A stretch of DNA of 64,000 nt from the human T2T-CHM13v2.0 reference genome, Homo sapiens. The translations under genes and the position numbers were made by a program. Shown here one piece after another: positions 1-27,320 of the stretch. The notes beneath the pieces are model-generated. The model searched no databases. It was not told where the DNA came from and saw only the letters and a list, made by a program, of their open reading frames with translations. Numbering within the stretch: the first letter of the stretch is position 1; every line of letters starts with the position of its first letter. The stretch is from the NCBI RefSeq assembly GCF_009914755.1, contig NC_060943.1; one strand, written 5' to 3'.

Positions 1-416
<416 letters not shown>

Positions 417-978
417 TAGGTGCGGCAGGATTGTCCCATCCCACCTCTCTAATTAGTCTCGTCTCTACCATTTTCAGTCAAAATTCCAAAGGTCACTTGG
501 AAGGCACATAGCCCACGAAACTGTCCAGACACTCCCTTTTGGCCAAATAACCCTCCACAGCCCAGATTCCAGTGCAGAGCCCTGGGAACCAGGGGCATGC
601 TGTTTCCAATCCTCATCTGCTTAGCCAACAGGGAGAGGTAACAATGAACAAATTGAGTTTCAACCAGCATATCTTTAGAACCCAATTTTTGTTATAATTG
701 ATTAGAAAATCTAGCTTACATTCCAAATGCACTCTTTTTTTTTCTTTTCTTAATCTTAGTCAAGGTGCAATAACAGTTAAACGAAAACCAGCATGAGTCA
801 GGTTCCTATAAAACTGTCTGCTCTCAGAGTTCAGCATTTTTCTGCCGGCAGTCAGCATAGAACGGGGTTATTCTGGCCTCTTACTTTTCTAGGGGAACTC
901 ATCATAAGACAAGCAGCTCACGTGGAATCTGACACTGACATGGAATGCACACACTGGGTGGACATTGATGGAGTTCTT

Positions 979-1254
979 GGGTCTCACTCTATTGCCCAGG
1001 CTGGAGTGCAGTGGTGTGATTTTGGCTCACTGCAAACTTTGCCTTCTGGGTTCAAGAGACTCTTATGCCTCAGCCACCCCATAGCTGGGATTACAGGCAC
1101 CCGCCACCATGTCTGGATAATTTTTATATTTTTAATAGAGACGGGGTTTCACCATGTTGGCCAGGCTGGTCTGAACTCCCAGCCTCAAGTGATCTGCCCA
1201 CCTCAGCCTCCCAAAGTGCTGGGATTACAGGTGTGAGCCATGTCGCTCGGCCAG
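979..1254 (-). mobile_element. Alu
   Basis: Reverse-complement Alu consensus. Confidence 0.9.
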
Positions 1255-1536
1255 GGAACTCTTAAGTAGAATTTGAAAAACAGCAGCAGCAACAACGATA
1301 CACCTAGGGACATTGGAGTCAAATTGATAAAACTAAATAAAAATACAATGTTGAACATGGTCAGAAAAAACAAGACCTTGCATACAGGGGTGCAAATATT
1401 CAAATGACCGTGGACTTATATCAGAAATAAATGAGGCCAGAAGACAGTGAAACAACATCTTGAAAGCACTGGGAAAAAAAACCAGTCAATCCAGAATTCT
1501 GTATCTAGTGAAGATATCTTTTAAGAATAAAGGTGA

Positions 1537-2421
<885 letters not shown>

Positions 2422-3214
2422 AAAGGTGAAATAAAAATGTTTTTAGTTTTTAAAAAAACTAGGGGAATTTGTTAGCAGCAAACCTGAGCTACAAGGAATG
2501 CTAAGGGTACTTTAGGAGGCCAAGGTGGAAGGATCGTTTGAGGCCAGGAGTTCAAGACCAGCCTGGGCAACATAGTGAGATCCCATCTCTGTTGAAAAAA
2601 ATGCTAAAGGAAGAGTTCTGCAGGCTGAAGGGAAATGAAACCAGATGGAAACCTGGATCTACAGGACAGAATGAAGCTCGTCAGAAATGGTAAATATGTG
2701 GATAAGTAGAAAAGATTACTTTTGTCCTCTTAATTTCTTTAAAACAGATAATTGTTTAAAGCAAAAATTATATTGTGTTATGGGGTTTATAATTTCTGTA
2801 GGTGTAGTAATTATGACAACTATAACATAAATAACAGGGGGTGTACATGAGCCTATATAGTTGCAAGCTTTCTGCATTTTATGCAAAGTGGTGCAATATA
2901 AACTTTTGGCAGGCTATAAAAAGTTAAGGGTGTATATTCTAACCCTAGGGCAGTAACTTAAAAATAAGCCAAAAAGGTGTAGCTGTAAAGCAATGGACAG
3001 GTTAAAATGGAATTCAAAAATATATTCAGGTAATCAAAAGGAAGGAAGAGAAACAGAATTAAAAAATAGAAGACAAACAGAAAACAGTAAAATTACAGGC
3101 TTAAATCTAATTATATCAATAATTATATTAAATAAGAAGGAATAGCATTGTAGTTAAAAGGCAGAGATTTTCAGAATAGATAAAAATGTTTGGGAGGCCG
3201 AGGCAGGTGGATCA

Positions 3215-3523
<309 letters not shown>

Positions 3524-4179
3524 TTAAGACAGGGTTTCGTTCTGTCACCCAGGCTGGAGTGCAGTGACACCAACACAGTTTACTGCAGTCTCCACCTCCC
3601 AGGCCCTCATTTCTCAATCTCCTAAGTAGCTGGGACCACAGGCATGCACCACCATGTCTGGCTAACTTTTGTATTTTTTTTAGAGACAGGGTCTCCCTTT
3701 GTTGACCAGGCTGGTCTCAAACTCCTGGGCTCAAGTGATTTGCCTGCCTTGGCCTCCCAAAGTGTTGGGATTAGAGGTGTGAGCCACCGTGCCTGGCCTA
3801 TAAGCAACCTACTTTAAATATAAAGACACAAATGGGTTGAAAATTGATAGGAAAAGATATATCATGTAAACCTTAAGCATAAGAAGGCTTAATTGGCTTT
3901 ACAAACATTAATAGTTTTCAAGACAAACAATATTACCAGAAAAAGGAATCTTTTATAATGATAAAAGGTCAATACATTATGAAGTTGTGATCATTGTAAA
4001 TGTGTATATACCTAATAACAGAGCCCCAAAACACATAAAGTAAAAATGGACAGAAAAAAAGGGTGTGACTGGAGGTTGAGGGTGGAAGACTTTTTTTTAA
4101 ATTTCAATTTTATACTTCATATGGTTTAAATTTTAACACCAAATGTGTATTCTGCCATCATCATCATCATCATCAAAAG

Positions 4180-5000
4180 AGTGAAAATAATATTTGAGCC
4201 AAGTCTTAAAAGATGACTAAGAATTTTTCAGAAAGGTGGTAAGGGAGGGCATTCCAGGCAAAGGTCATATGTGTGCCAGCACAGGGAGGCATGAAATTGC
4301 CTGATGTGTTCTGGTCCTGCAGTTTTTTGGCAAGTCTGAAATATAGGATTGGGTTGGTATTACTGAGGAGGAATGGGAGATGAGCAACAGACAAGTAGAA
4401 GCCAGATGTGGAAGGGGCTTATCAGTGTGCTCATTTGAACTTTATCTTGACAGTCATGGATAGTCACTAATGTGTTTTTCAAAGGGAGGATACAGGATTT
4501 TCTCTGGGCTTTAGAGAGACAATTCTGACTGCAGCTTAGAGAATGGTTTAGAGGAGACCAGAGTGAAGGCAGAGTAACTTCTGGGAGATGCTGTAGTAAT
4601 GCAGATTAGAAATGCTGGGGGCCTAAACCAGGAAAGTAGAGCAGAGATGGAGAAAAAACAAGTGTGGTTTTGAAAGGTATGTAGGGACCAGGCACAGTGG
4701 CTCATGCCTGTAACTCCAGCACTTTGGGAGGCCAAGCCAAGTGGATCACCTGAGGTCAGGAGTTTGAGACCAGCCCAGCCAACATGGTGAAACTCCGCCT
4801 CTACTAAAAATACAAAAATTAGCCAGACATGGTGGTGCATGCCTGTAATCCCAGCCACTCAGGAGGCTGAGGCAGGAGAATCATCACTTGAACCTCAAGA
4901 GGCAGAGGTTGCAGTCAGCCGAGATCATGCCTTTGCACTCCAGCCTGGGTGACAAGAGTGAAACTCCATCTCAAAAAAAAAAAAAAAAAAAGGAAAGAAA
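4180..5000. mobile_element. L2 fragment followed by AluS (4686-5000)
   Basis: L2 motif GGCATTCCAGGCAAAGG; Alu consensus. Confidence 0.7.
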
Positions 5001-6257
5001 GAAAAATAAAGGTACATAGTAAGCAAAATAATGAGAATTTTGCAATTCTGGATCTAAGTGATGAGAGACATTGACATCTATTAACTCCTGCAAGTTTAGT
5101 CTCATGAAACCACTTAGTGACATGATACTTTATTCCCATTTCCATAAAACAATATTGACATAATGATATCTACCATTTAAAAAGTTTATTTTATTCAATG
5201 CAATCCCTATAAGAATCTCAACTGGTTTCTTTATGTAATAGAAATGGACACACTGCTGATCCTAAAATTCATGTGAAAATCAAGGGACTTAAAATAGCCA
5301 ACATAATCTTGAATAGAAGAAAAATGTTTGGAGGACTTAAACTTCCTGATTCCAAAACTTACTACAAAGCAAAGGTATTCAAGACAGTGTGGTACTGGCA
5401 TGAGGTTAGACATATAGATCAATGGAAAAGAATTGAGAGTCCAGAAATAAATCCATATATTAATGGTAAATTGATTTTTCAACAAGGGTGCCAAAAGCAT
5501 TCAGTGGCAGAAAAAAATAGTCTCTTCAATATATGGTGGTGGGACAACTGGATATCTATATGTGAAAGAATGAAGCTGGACCCCTACCTCACACCATATA
5601 CAAAAATTAATTCAAAATGGATCAAAGACCTAAATGTAAGAGCAAAAACTATGAGATTCTTAGAAGAAAACAAATAAGTAATTCTTTATGACCTTGGTTA
5701 GGCAAAATGGTTTCTCAGATATGACACCCAAAGCATAAGCAACAAAATAAATATAGATAAATTGGACTTCATCAAAATTAAAAATTTGTATGCTTCAAAT
5801 GACACTAATAAGAAAGTTGGCTAGGCTTGGTGGCCCATGCTGTAGTCCCAGCACTTTGGGGGGGCTGAGGTGGAAGGACTGCTTGAGGCTGAGAGTTTGA
5901 GACCAGCCTGGACAACATAGCAAGACCCTGTCTCTCAAAAAAAAAAAAAATTAGCCAGGTGTGTGGTGCATACCTATAGTCCCAACTACCCTGGAGCTAA
6001 TGTGGGAGAATCACTTGAGCCTAGGAGTTTGAAGCTGCAGGGAGCCATGATTGTGCCACTGCACTCCAGCATGGGTGACAGAGGGAGATGCTGTCTCAAA
6101 AACAAAAAACAAAACAAAACAAACAAGAAAGTGAAACGACTAAACAATGGCAGAAAATACGTGCAAATTGTACCTCTAATAAGGGACTTATATCTAGAAT
6201 ACATAAAGAACTCTTACAACCCAAGAATAAAATTATCCCAATTAAAAAGTGGACAAA

Positions 6258-6549
6258 GGCCGGGCGCGGTGGCTCACGCTTGTAATCCCAGCACTTTGGG
6301 AGGCCGAGGCGGGTGGATCACGAGGTCAGGAGATCGAGACCACGGTGAAACCCCGTCTCTACTAAAAATAAAAAAAAATTAGCCGGGCGTGGTGGCAGGC
6401 GCCTGTAGTCCCAGCTACTCGGAGAGGCTGAGGCAGGAGAATGGCGTGAACCCGGGAGGCGGAGCTTGCAGTGAGCCGAGGCTGCGCCACTGTACTCCAG
6501 CCTGGGGTGACACAGCGAGACTCCGTCTCAAAAAAAAAAAAAAAAAAAA
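6258..6549 (+). mobile_element. Young AluY with 12-bp deletion (AluYc3/Yd-type)
   Basis: GAGACCACGGTGAAACC lacks ATCCTGGCTAAC; also CACGCTTGTAA and TACTCGGAGAGG; TSD AAAAAGTGGACAAA. Confidence 0.8.
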
Positions 6550-6884
6550 AAAAAGTGGACAAAGGATTTGAATAAACATTTCTCCAAAAAAGTTCTACAC
6601 CTGGCCAATAAGCACATGAAAGGGCGCTCAACATCATTATTCCTCAAGGAAATGCAAGTAAAAACACAATGGGCTACTCACTTCACAGCCACTAGGAAGC
6701 CTGTAATAAAAAAGACGGCTAGTAAGTGTTAGCGTGGGGAGACTGATACCCTCATACCCTGCTGGTGGGGATGTAAAATGGTGTGGCCACTTAGGAAAGC
6801 ACTCTGGCAATTTCTCAAAAAGAGCTGCCATTTGACCCAGCAATTCCATGCCTAGGTATATAGGCAAGAGAAATGAAAATATGT

Positions 6885-7240
6885 TGTATTAGTCTGTTTT
6901 CATGCTGCTGATAAAGACATACCTGAGACTGGGTAATTTATAAAGAAAAGAAGAGGTTTAATGGACTCACAGTTCTACGTGGCTGGGGAGGCTTCATAAT
7001 CATGACAGAAGGCAAAAGGCATGTCTTACATGCTGGCAGGGAAGAGAGGGCTCTTGCAGGGAAACTCTCCTCTATAAAACCATCAGATCGCGTGAGACTT
7101 ACTCATTATCACGAGAACAGCACGGGAAAGACCTGCATCCATGATTCAGTTATCTCCTGAGTCCCTCCCACAACACGTGGGAATCATGGGACCTACAATT
7201 CAAGATGTGATTTGGGTGGGGACACAGTCAAACCATATCA
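6885..7240 (-). mobile_element. THE1 (ERVL-MaLR) solo LTR
   Basis: 356 bp, TG...CA ends, 5-bp TSD TATGT (6880-6884, 7241-7245), motif GCTGCTGATAAAGACATACC. Confidence 0.9.
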
Positions 7241-7779
7241 TATGTCCACACACAATCTCATACATGAATACTTATGGTAGTATTATTAATAACAGGTAAA
7301 AGGTGGAACCAATCTAAATGCTCACCCACTGCTGAAAGGATAAACAAAATGTGGTATATCCACATGATGGAATATTACTTAGCTGTGAAAAGGAATAACA
7401 TGCTGATATGTGCTACCACACAGATGGACCTTGAACATATTATGCAAAGTGGCAGAGACAGTTACAAAAGATGACACAGTCTATGAGTCCATTTATATGA
7501 AGTGTCCTGAACATGCAAATCTATGGAGACATAGAGGAGATTAATGGCTGCCTAGGGCTGTGAGGAGGGGGTGATTGGGGGTGGCACATGATAGCTAAAG
7601 GGGACACAGCTGGTTTGGAGAGTGAAGAAAATGTTCTAAAATTGTACTGATAGTTGCACAACTCTGTGAATATACAAAAAAATCATTAAATTGTACACTT
7701 AAAATGGGTGAATTGTATGGTGTGGGAATTATATCTCAGTAAAGAAGTTACCAATAACATTACAAAACAAGAAAAAGAG

Positions 7780-9697
<1,918 letters not shown>

Positions 9698-9729
9698 ATT
9701 TTAAGTTTGACCAAAAAGAATTCCACTTG

Positions 9730-10205
9730 GTCATTATGATGATTTTAAAACATGTCCACAAATTGTTTGCCACTTCTCTCACTAAACGTGGAGTCTAATT
9801 CCCCTGCCCTCGAATGTGAGCTGGCCTTAGTGACGCACTTCTAACAAGCAGAATGTAGCTCTGGTGCTGTGTTCCCTTCCAGCTTCCAGCTGGCTCTTTT
9901 CCTATTGAAATCCATGTCCTTGGAACCTAGCCACCATGTTGTGAGGAAGCCCAAGCCACGTGGAGAGGAAAGGAGGCTCCCAGCCAACAGCCAGTATCAA
10001 CTGCCAGACACATAAATGAACCAGCCCTGGGATGACTGCAACTCCCAGCTTATAAGTCTTCCAACCAAGGCCCCAAACACCCTAAAGCAAAAACAGGCCA
10101 TCTTCGTTGTACCCTGCCCAAATTACCTATCCATAGAATCCGTGAGCAAAATAAATGGTTGATGCCATTAAATTTTGGGGTAATTTATTATGCGGCCACA
10201 GTAAC
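9730..10205 (+). mobile_element. MLT1-family MaLR LTR
   Basis: GCCACCATGTTGTGAGGAAGCCCAAG...AGAATCCGTGAGCAAAATAAATGGTTG. Confidence 0.75.
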
Positions 10206-10231
10206 TAGCATATTTATTGATAAAGAGAGTT

Positions 10232-12926
<2,695 letters not shown>

Positions 12927-12929
12927 CTT

Positions 12930-13900
12930 ACTTCTTGACTCTTCACTCATAACTAAACTTCCTGACAGAGTTCTCTGTAAACACTATCTCTGCCTATTCA
13001 CCTTTCATTGATTTCCCAATGCGGTTTCATCTGCTCCCTACACTTTACTGAGGTTGTTGTTGGAAAGGCGCCCTCCCTGTTTTAAGGCCCAGCAGTGGCC
13101 CCTCCCCTGGTCCTCAGCAGCGTGCTGCAGCCTCCCGTTGGTGAAGTGCTTCCTCTCTTGCTGTCTACCTGCTGCTTCCAGTCTCCGGCGTCAGCTCCTC
13201 CTCTCCCAGGGGCAGCCTCACTTGTCTCCTCTATCTGCACTGTTCTTCTGGGGACTCTAATCCTCTCTAAGGGCACCTTGTTGATCGCCTTGTTGTTTAG
13301 TACCAAATTCATGTCTTCAGCCCAGAGGCCAAGCCTGAGCATCACCCTCTAACATCTGATCTCTCTATCTGTCTATTTCACAGGTATCTCGGAATTAACA
13401 AGTCTAAGATGAAATCTTGGTTTCCCTGTGAACTTACCTCCTGCCCCTAATCTGCCCCTTCTTTCCAGCTACTTAAGCCAGAATTTGAGGAGCCAATCTC
13501 TACCTCTCCTTCTTCCCCACCGTTCCATGCCTAATCTCTTATAACCTATTCTCTCCTCTTTGGCTCAAAATAGACCTATCAACTTCTTATCCCCGCTGCC
13601 AATACCCTAGTACAAACCACTGCTGTCTCCCACCTGGACCACAACGATGGGCTAACCCTAACTGGGCTCCATGCCTGCCTTCCTGTTCCCTTACCATACA
13701 TTCTCCAACCAGAGGCACTGTTGCAAAAACATAATCCAGTGCATAACTTCCCTTTGCGCTTAAAATAAACCCTACAAGGCCCAGCATGATCCAGCCCCTG
13801 CTTCTCTCTCTCCAGCAACACCTATGTCCTTCTCCAGCCCCACCCAGCTTCACACCTTCATTCATGCAGGAACTTCGGTCTTTCAGTTTCAGCCTCTGTG
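12930..13900 (+). mobile_element. L2 fragments
   Basis: Pyrimidine-rich degenerate L2 motifs (CACCTGGAC...AACTGG...CCAGAG). Confidence 0.55.
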
Positions 13901-14039
13901 TCAGCAAAGACCCCTTCCATTTTGAAGAGAATCAACCAGTTGAGGAGCGGGTGGATGATAGAGCAAGTTGCCCACAGAGACAGCAAATTGGACTCATTCT
14001 CCCTTCCAGTGACGAAGGATATTTATTTTTCTGACTCAG

Positions 14040-17500
<3,461 letters not shown>

Positions 17501-17886
17501 AACTTTTTCTTAAATAAAAAAAAAAAGGCTTGGAGCTGGGATCCAAACCCCATCATCTGGTGGCAGTGCTAACTCTGAACAGTAGGCTATGCTAGTCCTG
17601 CAGGTAAGAGGACCCACACACATTAGAAGGCAGTTCATGTTCCCACTCCTGCCAGAGCGTGCACCCTGGCGGTCTCACTCCCCAGCCCAAGCAGCTTATC
17701 AATGGATTCCTTATATGTACATTCAGGGCACTGCCCCTCCACCCACCCCACCTCTGTCCAGCTGGGTTCTGGTAAACTCATTTCTGTGTCTTCATTAATT
17801 CTCTCATGACTGGTGTCTTAACAGCCACCCTCAATCACACACAACAAAAGCAGCACATCCTCTATCACCTATAAAGCTGGAGCCTG

Positions 17887-19939
<2,053 letters not shown>

Positions 19940-20319
19940 TAGCATCTTATGGACGTTACTTGGCTTATATAGACTCAGGTATGGCTTTAATTTTTTAAAT
20001 GTTAAGTAATTTTTAACCAGTCCCTAAAATACTGTCACCCTCCGTGACATCACCTCTCTGTCCACACAGAGAATGGACAAGGTCCAGGAGAGCACAAATC
20101 TACCCCATCCATTTTGACCCCAATTCCAGTTTATGAAATTGATAAATACCTGGACTGTCTATGCAAGACACTTTCTTGTGGCAAGTCAAGTTCTATTTTC
20201 CTATTAAGTTATTTACAATATTAAGGTTTTGTCCTCTTCATTTTTGACTGTTCTTCAGTAAATACTGGCCATGACTATGGGACTGTCTTATGAATTAAGT
20301 GATGCTCTGTTCAAAGACT

Positions 20320-20461
20320 ACTCCATGTGAGATCCTGTAACACTGCTGCTTCAGTAAAGCTGTTTTCTTCTACCTTTGGCTCGCCCTTGAATTCTTTCCC
20401 GGGCAAAGCAAAGAACTTTCTTGGGCTAAGCCCTTATCTGGGGCTCACCTGCCCTGCATCA
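20320..20461 (+). mobile_element. ERV1 (MER4-group/LTR8-like) LTR 3' fragment
   Basis: GTAAAGCTGTTTTCTTCTACC...GGCTCGCCCTTGAATTCTTT...CCTGCCCTGCATCA. Confidence 0.7.
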
Positions 20462-20761
20462 GTATTAGCACAAGGACAGACAAACTGACCAGTGGAAAAG
20501 CACGTACAGATACATACAGTCAACTGATTTATGACCACAGCCACCTGTATTGCAATGAGGAAAGAAAGGATGAACTCTTCAGCCAGGCACAGTGATATGC
20601 ACCTGTAATCCCAGCTACTCAGAAGGCTGAGGCAGGAGGATCCCCTGAGCCCGGGAGTTTGAGACCAGCCTGGGCAACAGTGAGACCCCATCTCTTAAAA
20701 AAAAAAAGAGAGAGAGAGAGAGATTATCTTTGATAAATGATGGAAATAATAGTGGGTCATG

Positions 20762-21040
20762 CTGCCCTATCCTATGTGGATGGGCCTCATCCAATCCACT
20801 GAAGGCCTGAATAGAACAAAAGGCTGTGTAAGAAAAAATTCTTTCTCTCTGTGTGGTTGTCTCCAAACTGGGACATGGGTCTTCTCCTGCATGGAACTTA
20901 AACCGTCAGCTCTCCTGAGTTTGGACTTCTCAGACTCTGTAATTAGGTGAGCCAATTCCTTGTAATTAATCTCTTTATAAACACACAGACAGACACACAC
21001 ATTCTATTGGTCTGTTTTTCTGGATAGCCCTAATATAGTA
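20762..21040 (+). mobile_element. MLT2 (ERVL) LTR fragment
   Basis: GGGCCTCATCCAATCCACTGAAGGCCTGAATAGAACAAAAGG. Confidence 0.75.
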
Positions 21041-21099
21041 TGTTATACTTTGACAAATAATTTTTTAACTGTTTAAGAAAATATGTGAATAAAAAATCT

Positions 21100-24444
<3,345 letters not shown>

Positions 24445-24558
24445 CTTTTGGCTCTCTGAGCAGCGCCATGGTGGTTGGCAAGAACAAGCGTCTTTTGAAA
24501 GGCAGCAAAAAGGAAGCCAAGAAGAAATTGGCTCATCCACTTTCTAAGAAAGATTGGT

Positions 24559-25045
24559 GGGCTGGGTGTGGTGGCTCATACCTGTAATCCAAGCACTTTG
24601 GGTGGCCAAGGCAGGAGGATAGTCTAAGGCAAGGAGTTCGAGACCAGCCTGGGCAACAAAGTGAGACCCCGTCTTTTCAAAAAATAAGTAAATACATACA
24701 TAAACAAACAGACAAACAAGCAGACAAATAAATAGCAGGGTGTGGTGGTGCATGCCTGTGGTCCCAGCTACTTGGGAGACTGAGGTGGGAGGACCTCTCA
24801 AGCCCAGAAGGTCAAGGCTGCAGTGAGCTATGATCACAACGTTGCACTCCAGTCTGAGTGATACAGGGAGACTCTGAGAAAAGGAAGGAAGGCAAGAAGG
24901 AAGGCAGGAAGGCAGGAAGGAAGGAAAGAAGGAGGGGAGGGAGAGAGGGAGGGAAAGGAAAGGAAAAGGAAGGAAGGAAGAGAGAAAGAGAGGAAAGAAG
25001 GAAGGAAGGAGAAAGAAAGAAGAAAGAAAGAAAAAGAAAGAGAGA
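24559..25045 (+). mobile_element. AluJ inserted in the RPS3A pseudogene, with expanded purine-rich tail
   Basis: 13-bp TSD AAGAAAGATTGGT at 24546-24558 and 25046-25058; AluJ-type GGTCAAGGCTGCAGTGAGCTATGATC. Confidence 0.93.
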
Positions 25046-25052
25046 AAGAAAG
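24876..25052 (+). repeat. GA-rich (GGAA/GAAA) low-complexity tract
   Basis: ~175 nt of almost pure purine derived from the Alu tail. Confidence 0.9.
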
Positions 25053-25779
25053 ATTGGTATGATGTGGAAGTGTGAAAGCTCCTGTTATATTCAATATAAG
25101 AAATATTTGACAGACACTAGTCACCAGAACTCAAGGAACCAAAATTGCATCAGTTGGCCTTAAGGGTCATGTGTTTGAAGCGAGCCCTGTTGATCTGCAG
25201 AATGATGAAGTTGCACTTAGAAAATTGAAGCTGATTACTGAAGATGTTGAGGGCAAAAACTGCCTGCCTAACTTCCATGGCATGGATCTTACCTGTGACA
25301 AGATGTGTTCAATGGCCAAAAAGTGGCAGACCATGATTGAAGCTTATGTTGATGTCAAGACTATCAGTGATTATTTGCTTTGTCTGTTTTGTGTGGTTTT
25401 ACTTAAAAAATGCAACAATCAGATACGGAAGCCCTCTTATACTCAGTACCAACAGGTTTGCCAAGTCTGGAAGAAGATGATGGAAATCATGACCCAAGAG
25501 GTGCAGACGAGTGGCTTGAAAGAAGTGGTCAATAAATGGATTCCGGATGGTGTTAGAAAAAGACATAGGAAAGACTTGCCAATCTGTGTATATTCCTTGT
25601 GATGTCTTCATCAGTAAAGTAAAAATGCGGAAAAGCCCAAGTTTGAATTGGGAAAACACATGGAGCTTCATGGGGAAGGCAGGAATTCTGGAAAAGCTAC
25701 TGGGGATGAGGCCGGTGCTAAAGTTGAATGAGCTGATGGATAGGAACCACCGGTCCAATAATCTGTTTAAAATTCAGAC

Positions 25780-25942
25780 TTTTTTTTTTTTTTTGAGACA
25801 GGGTCTCACTCTCTCACTCTGCTGCTCAGGCTGGAGTGCAGTGGCCCAATCATAGCTCACTGCAGCCTCAAACTCCTGGGCTCCTCCTTCCTCAGCCTCC
25901 CAAGTAGCTGGGACTACAGGTGTGTACAACCATGCCTGGCTA

Positions 25943-25990
<48 letters not shown>
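25780..25990 (-). mobile_element. Alu right arm plus (TG)n microsatellite
   Basis: T-run, reverse Alu right monomer, then (GT)n at ~25948-25988; left arm absent. Confidence 0.85.
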
Positions 25991-25992
<2 letters not shown>

Positions 25993-26019
25993 GTTTTTTG
26001 CTGGCTTTTTTTTTTTTTT

Positions 26020-27320
26020 AGAATTTTTACATCTATATTCATGGGAGAGATGGGCTAATAATTTTCTCTTCTTACGATATCCTTCTTAGTTTGGGGATAA
26101 AGGTCATTCTGTCCTCATACAAGTTGAAAGGTGCTCCCTCTTTTAGTGGTCCCTGGAACAGCAAATATTTATCCTCCTGGAATATTGGATAGAATCCATC
26201 AGTGAAGCCACCTGGACTTGAGTTTTCTTCGTGGGAAGGTGTTAAATCATAAATTCAATTTACTCAATTGAGTAAATTGAGTAATGAGATCATTCAGATT
26301 TTTCTACTTTGGTAGGTTGTGTTTTTTTTCTAAGTTTCATCCGAATTTTCAAATTCATTGGCATAAGAGAGTCATTGTTTATCATATCCTCTTCTTTTTA
26401 ATGTTTGTAAGATCTGCGGGCATAACAAAGTACCACAGATTGGGTGGCTTAAACAATGGAAATGTATTTCTTCACAGTCCTGGAGGCTGGAAGTCCATCA
26501 GGGTGTCAGCAGGGTTGGTCTCTTCTGACGGCCTCTCTCCTTGGCTTGAAGATGGCCATCTTCTTCCAATGTCTTCACAGAGTCGTCCCTCTGTGTGTGT
26601 CTGTGTCCTGATCTCTTCTTATATGGACACTAGTCATATTGGATTAGGGTCCACCCTGATAACCTCATTTAATCTTAATTATCTTTTTAAAGGCCCTATT
26701 TCCACATATAGTCACATTCTAAGGTAGTAGAGGTTAGGGCTTCAGGATATGAATTTGGGGGGCCACAATTCAGCCCAGAACATGGGGTGACTGAATGTCT
26801 CATATGCTTTGAGTGTAAGTTGATAGAACCACTTTGGGAAATGATTGGACAACACGAAAGCTGAACAGACACACATTCTGTAACCCACGGATTCAATTCC
26901 TAGGTGTATACGCAACACAAATGCACATGTGCACATCAGAAGACGTAGGACAATGTTCATGGAGGTGTTCATAATAGCCCCAAACTGGAAACTAACCACT
27001 TCTCCAATGGATAAATCTTGGAATATTCACACAGTAGAATTTTATGGAGTAGCAAAAATGAGTTATCTTTTGCTACTGCCAACATAGGTGAATCTCATGA
27101 ACATAATGTGGAATGACAAGAGCCAGATATGAAAGAGGACCATCTGCACATTCCATGGAATTGCATTTATATCAAGTTTTCTATCAAACAGGCAAAACTA
27201 CTTCATGGTGTTTGAGGGGGAGGGAGGGTGGAGACTGGGATAAGAATCACAAGGGGACTTCTGTTCCTTGATCTGCGTGCTAGTCTTGTGAAATTTCAGA
27301 GCTGTGCCCTTATTAGTTCC
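26020..27320. mobile_element. Antisense L1 ORF2 piece (26020-26410), MLT1 LTR (26410-26782 -), sense L1 3' end (26785-27320)
   Basis: CAGTGAAGCCACCTGGAC (reverse L1); ACAAAGTACCACAGATTGGGTGGCTTAAACAA (MLT1). Confidence 0.75.

Larger units (their letters stand above)
5170..7760 (+). mobile_element. L1M ORF2 3' part and 3'UTR with nested Alus and THE1 LTR
   Basis: ORF 5273-5677 translates as L1 ORF2 ([30 protein letters not shown]). Confidence 0.9.
24445..25780 (+). pseudogene. RPS3AP50: RPS3A processed pseudogene, interrupted by an AluJ
   Basis: Intronless copy with TOP-like 5' end CTTTTGGCTCTCT and ATG at 24468 ([20 protein letters not shown]), ...[22 protein letters not shown]..., frameshifts, ancestral stop TAA 25768-25770. 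Parent gene certain; the pseudogene number is from recall. Confidence 0.95.

Noticed and set aside
757-792. TAGTCAAGGTGCA...ACCAGC resembling reverse Y-RNA ends
   Set aside because: Match too short and the body is missing.
5273-5677. 134-aa ORF
   Set aside because: L1 ORF2 remnant; 39151-39423 is likewise an L1 ORF1 remnant.
25171-25602. 143-aa RPS3A-like ORF as a functional gene
   Set aside because: Alu-interrupted, frameshifted retrocopy with a non-ATG start. The reported RPS3A-CHOP protein interaction gives no reason to link this copy to the C/EBP locus.
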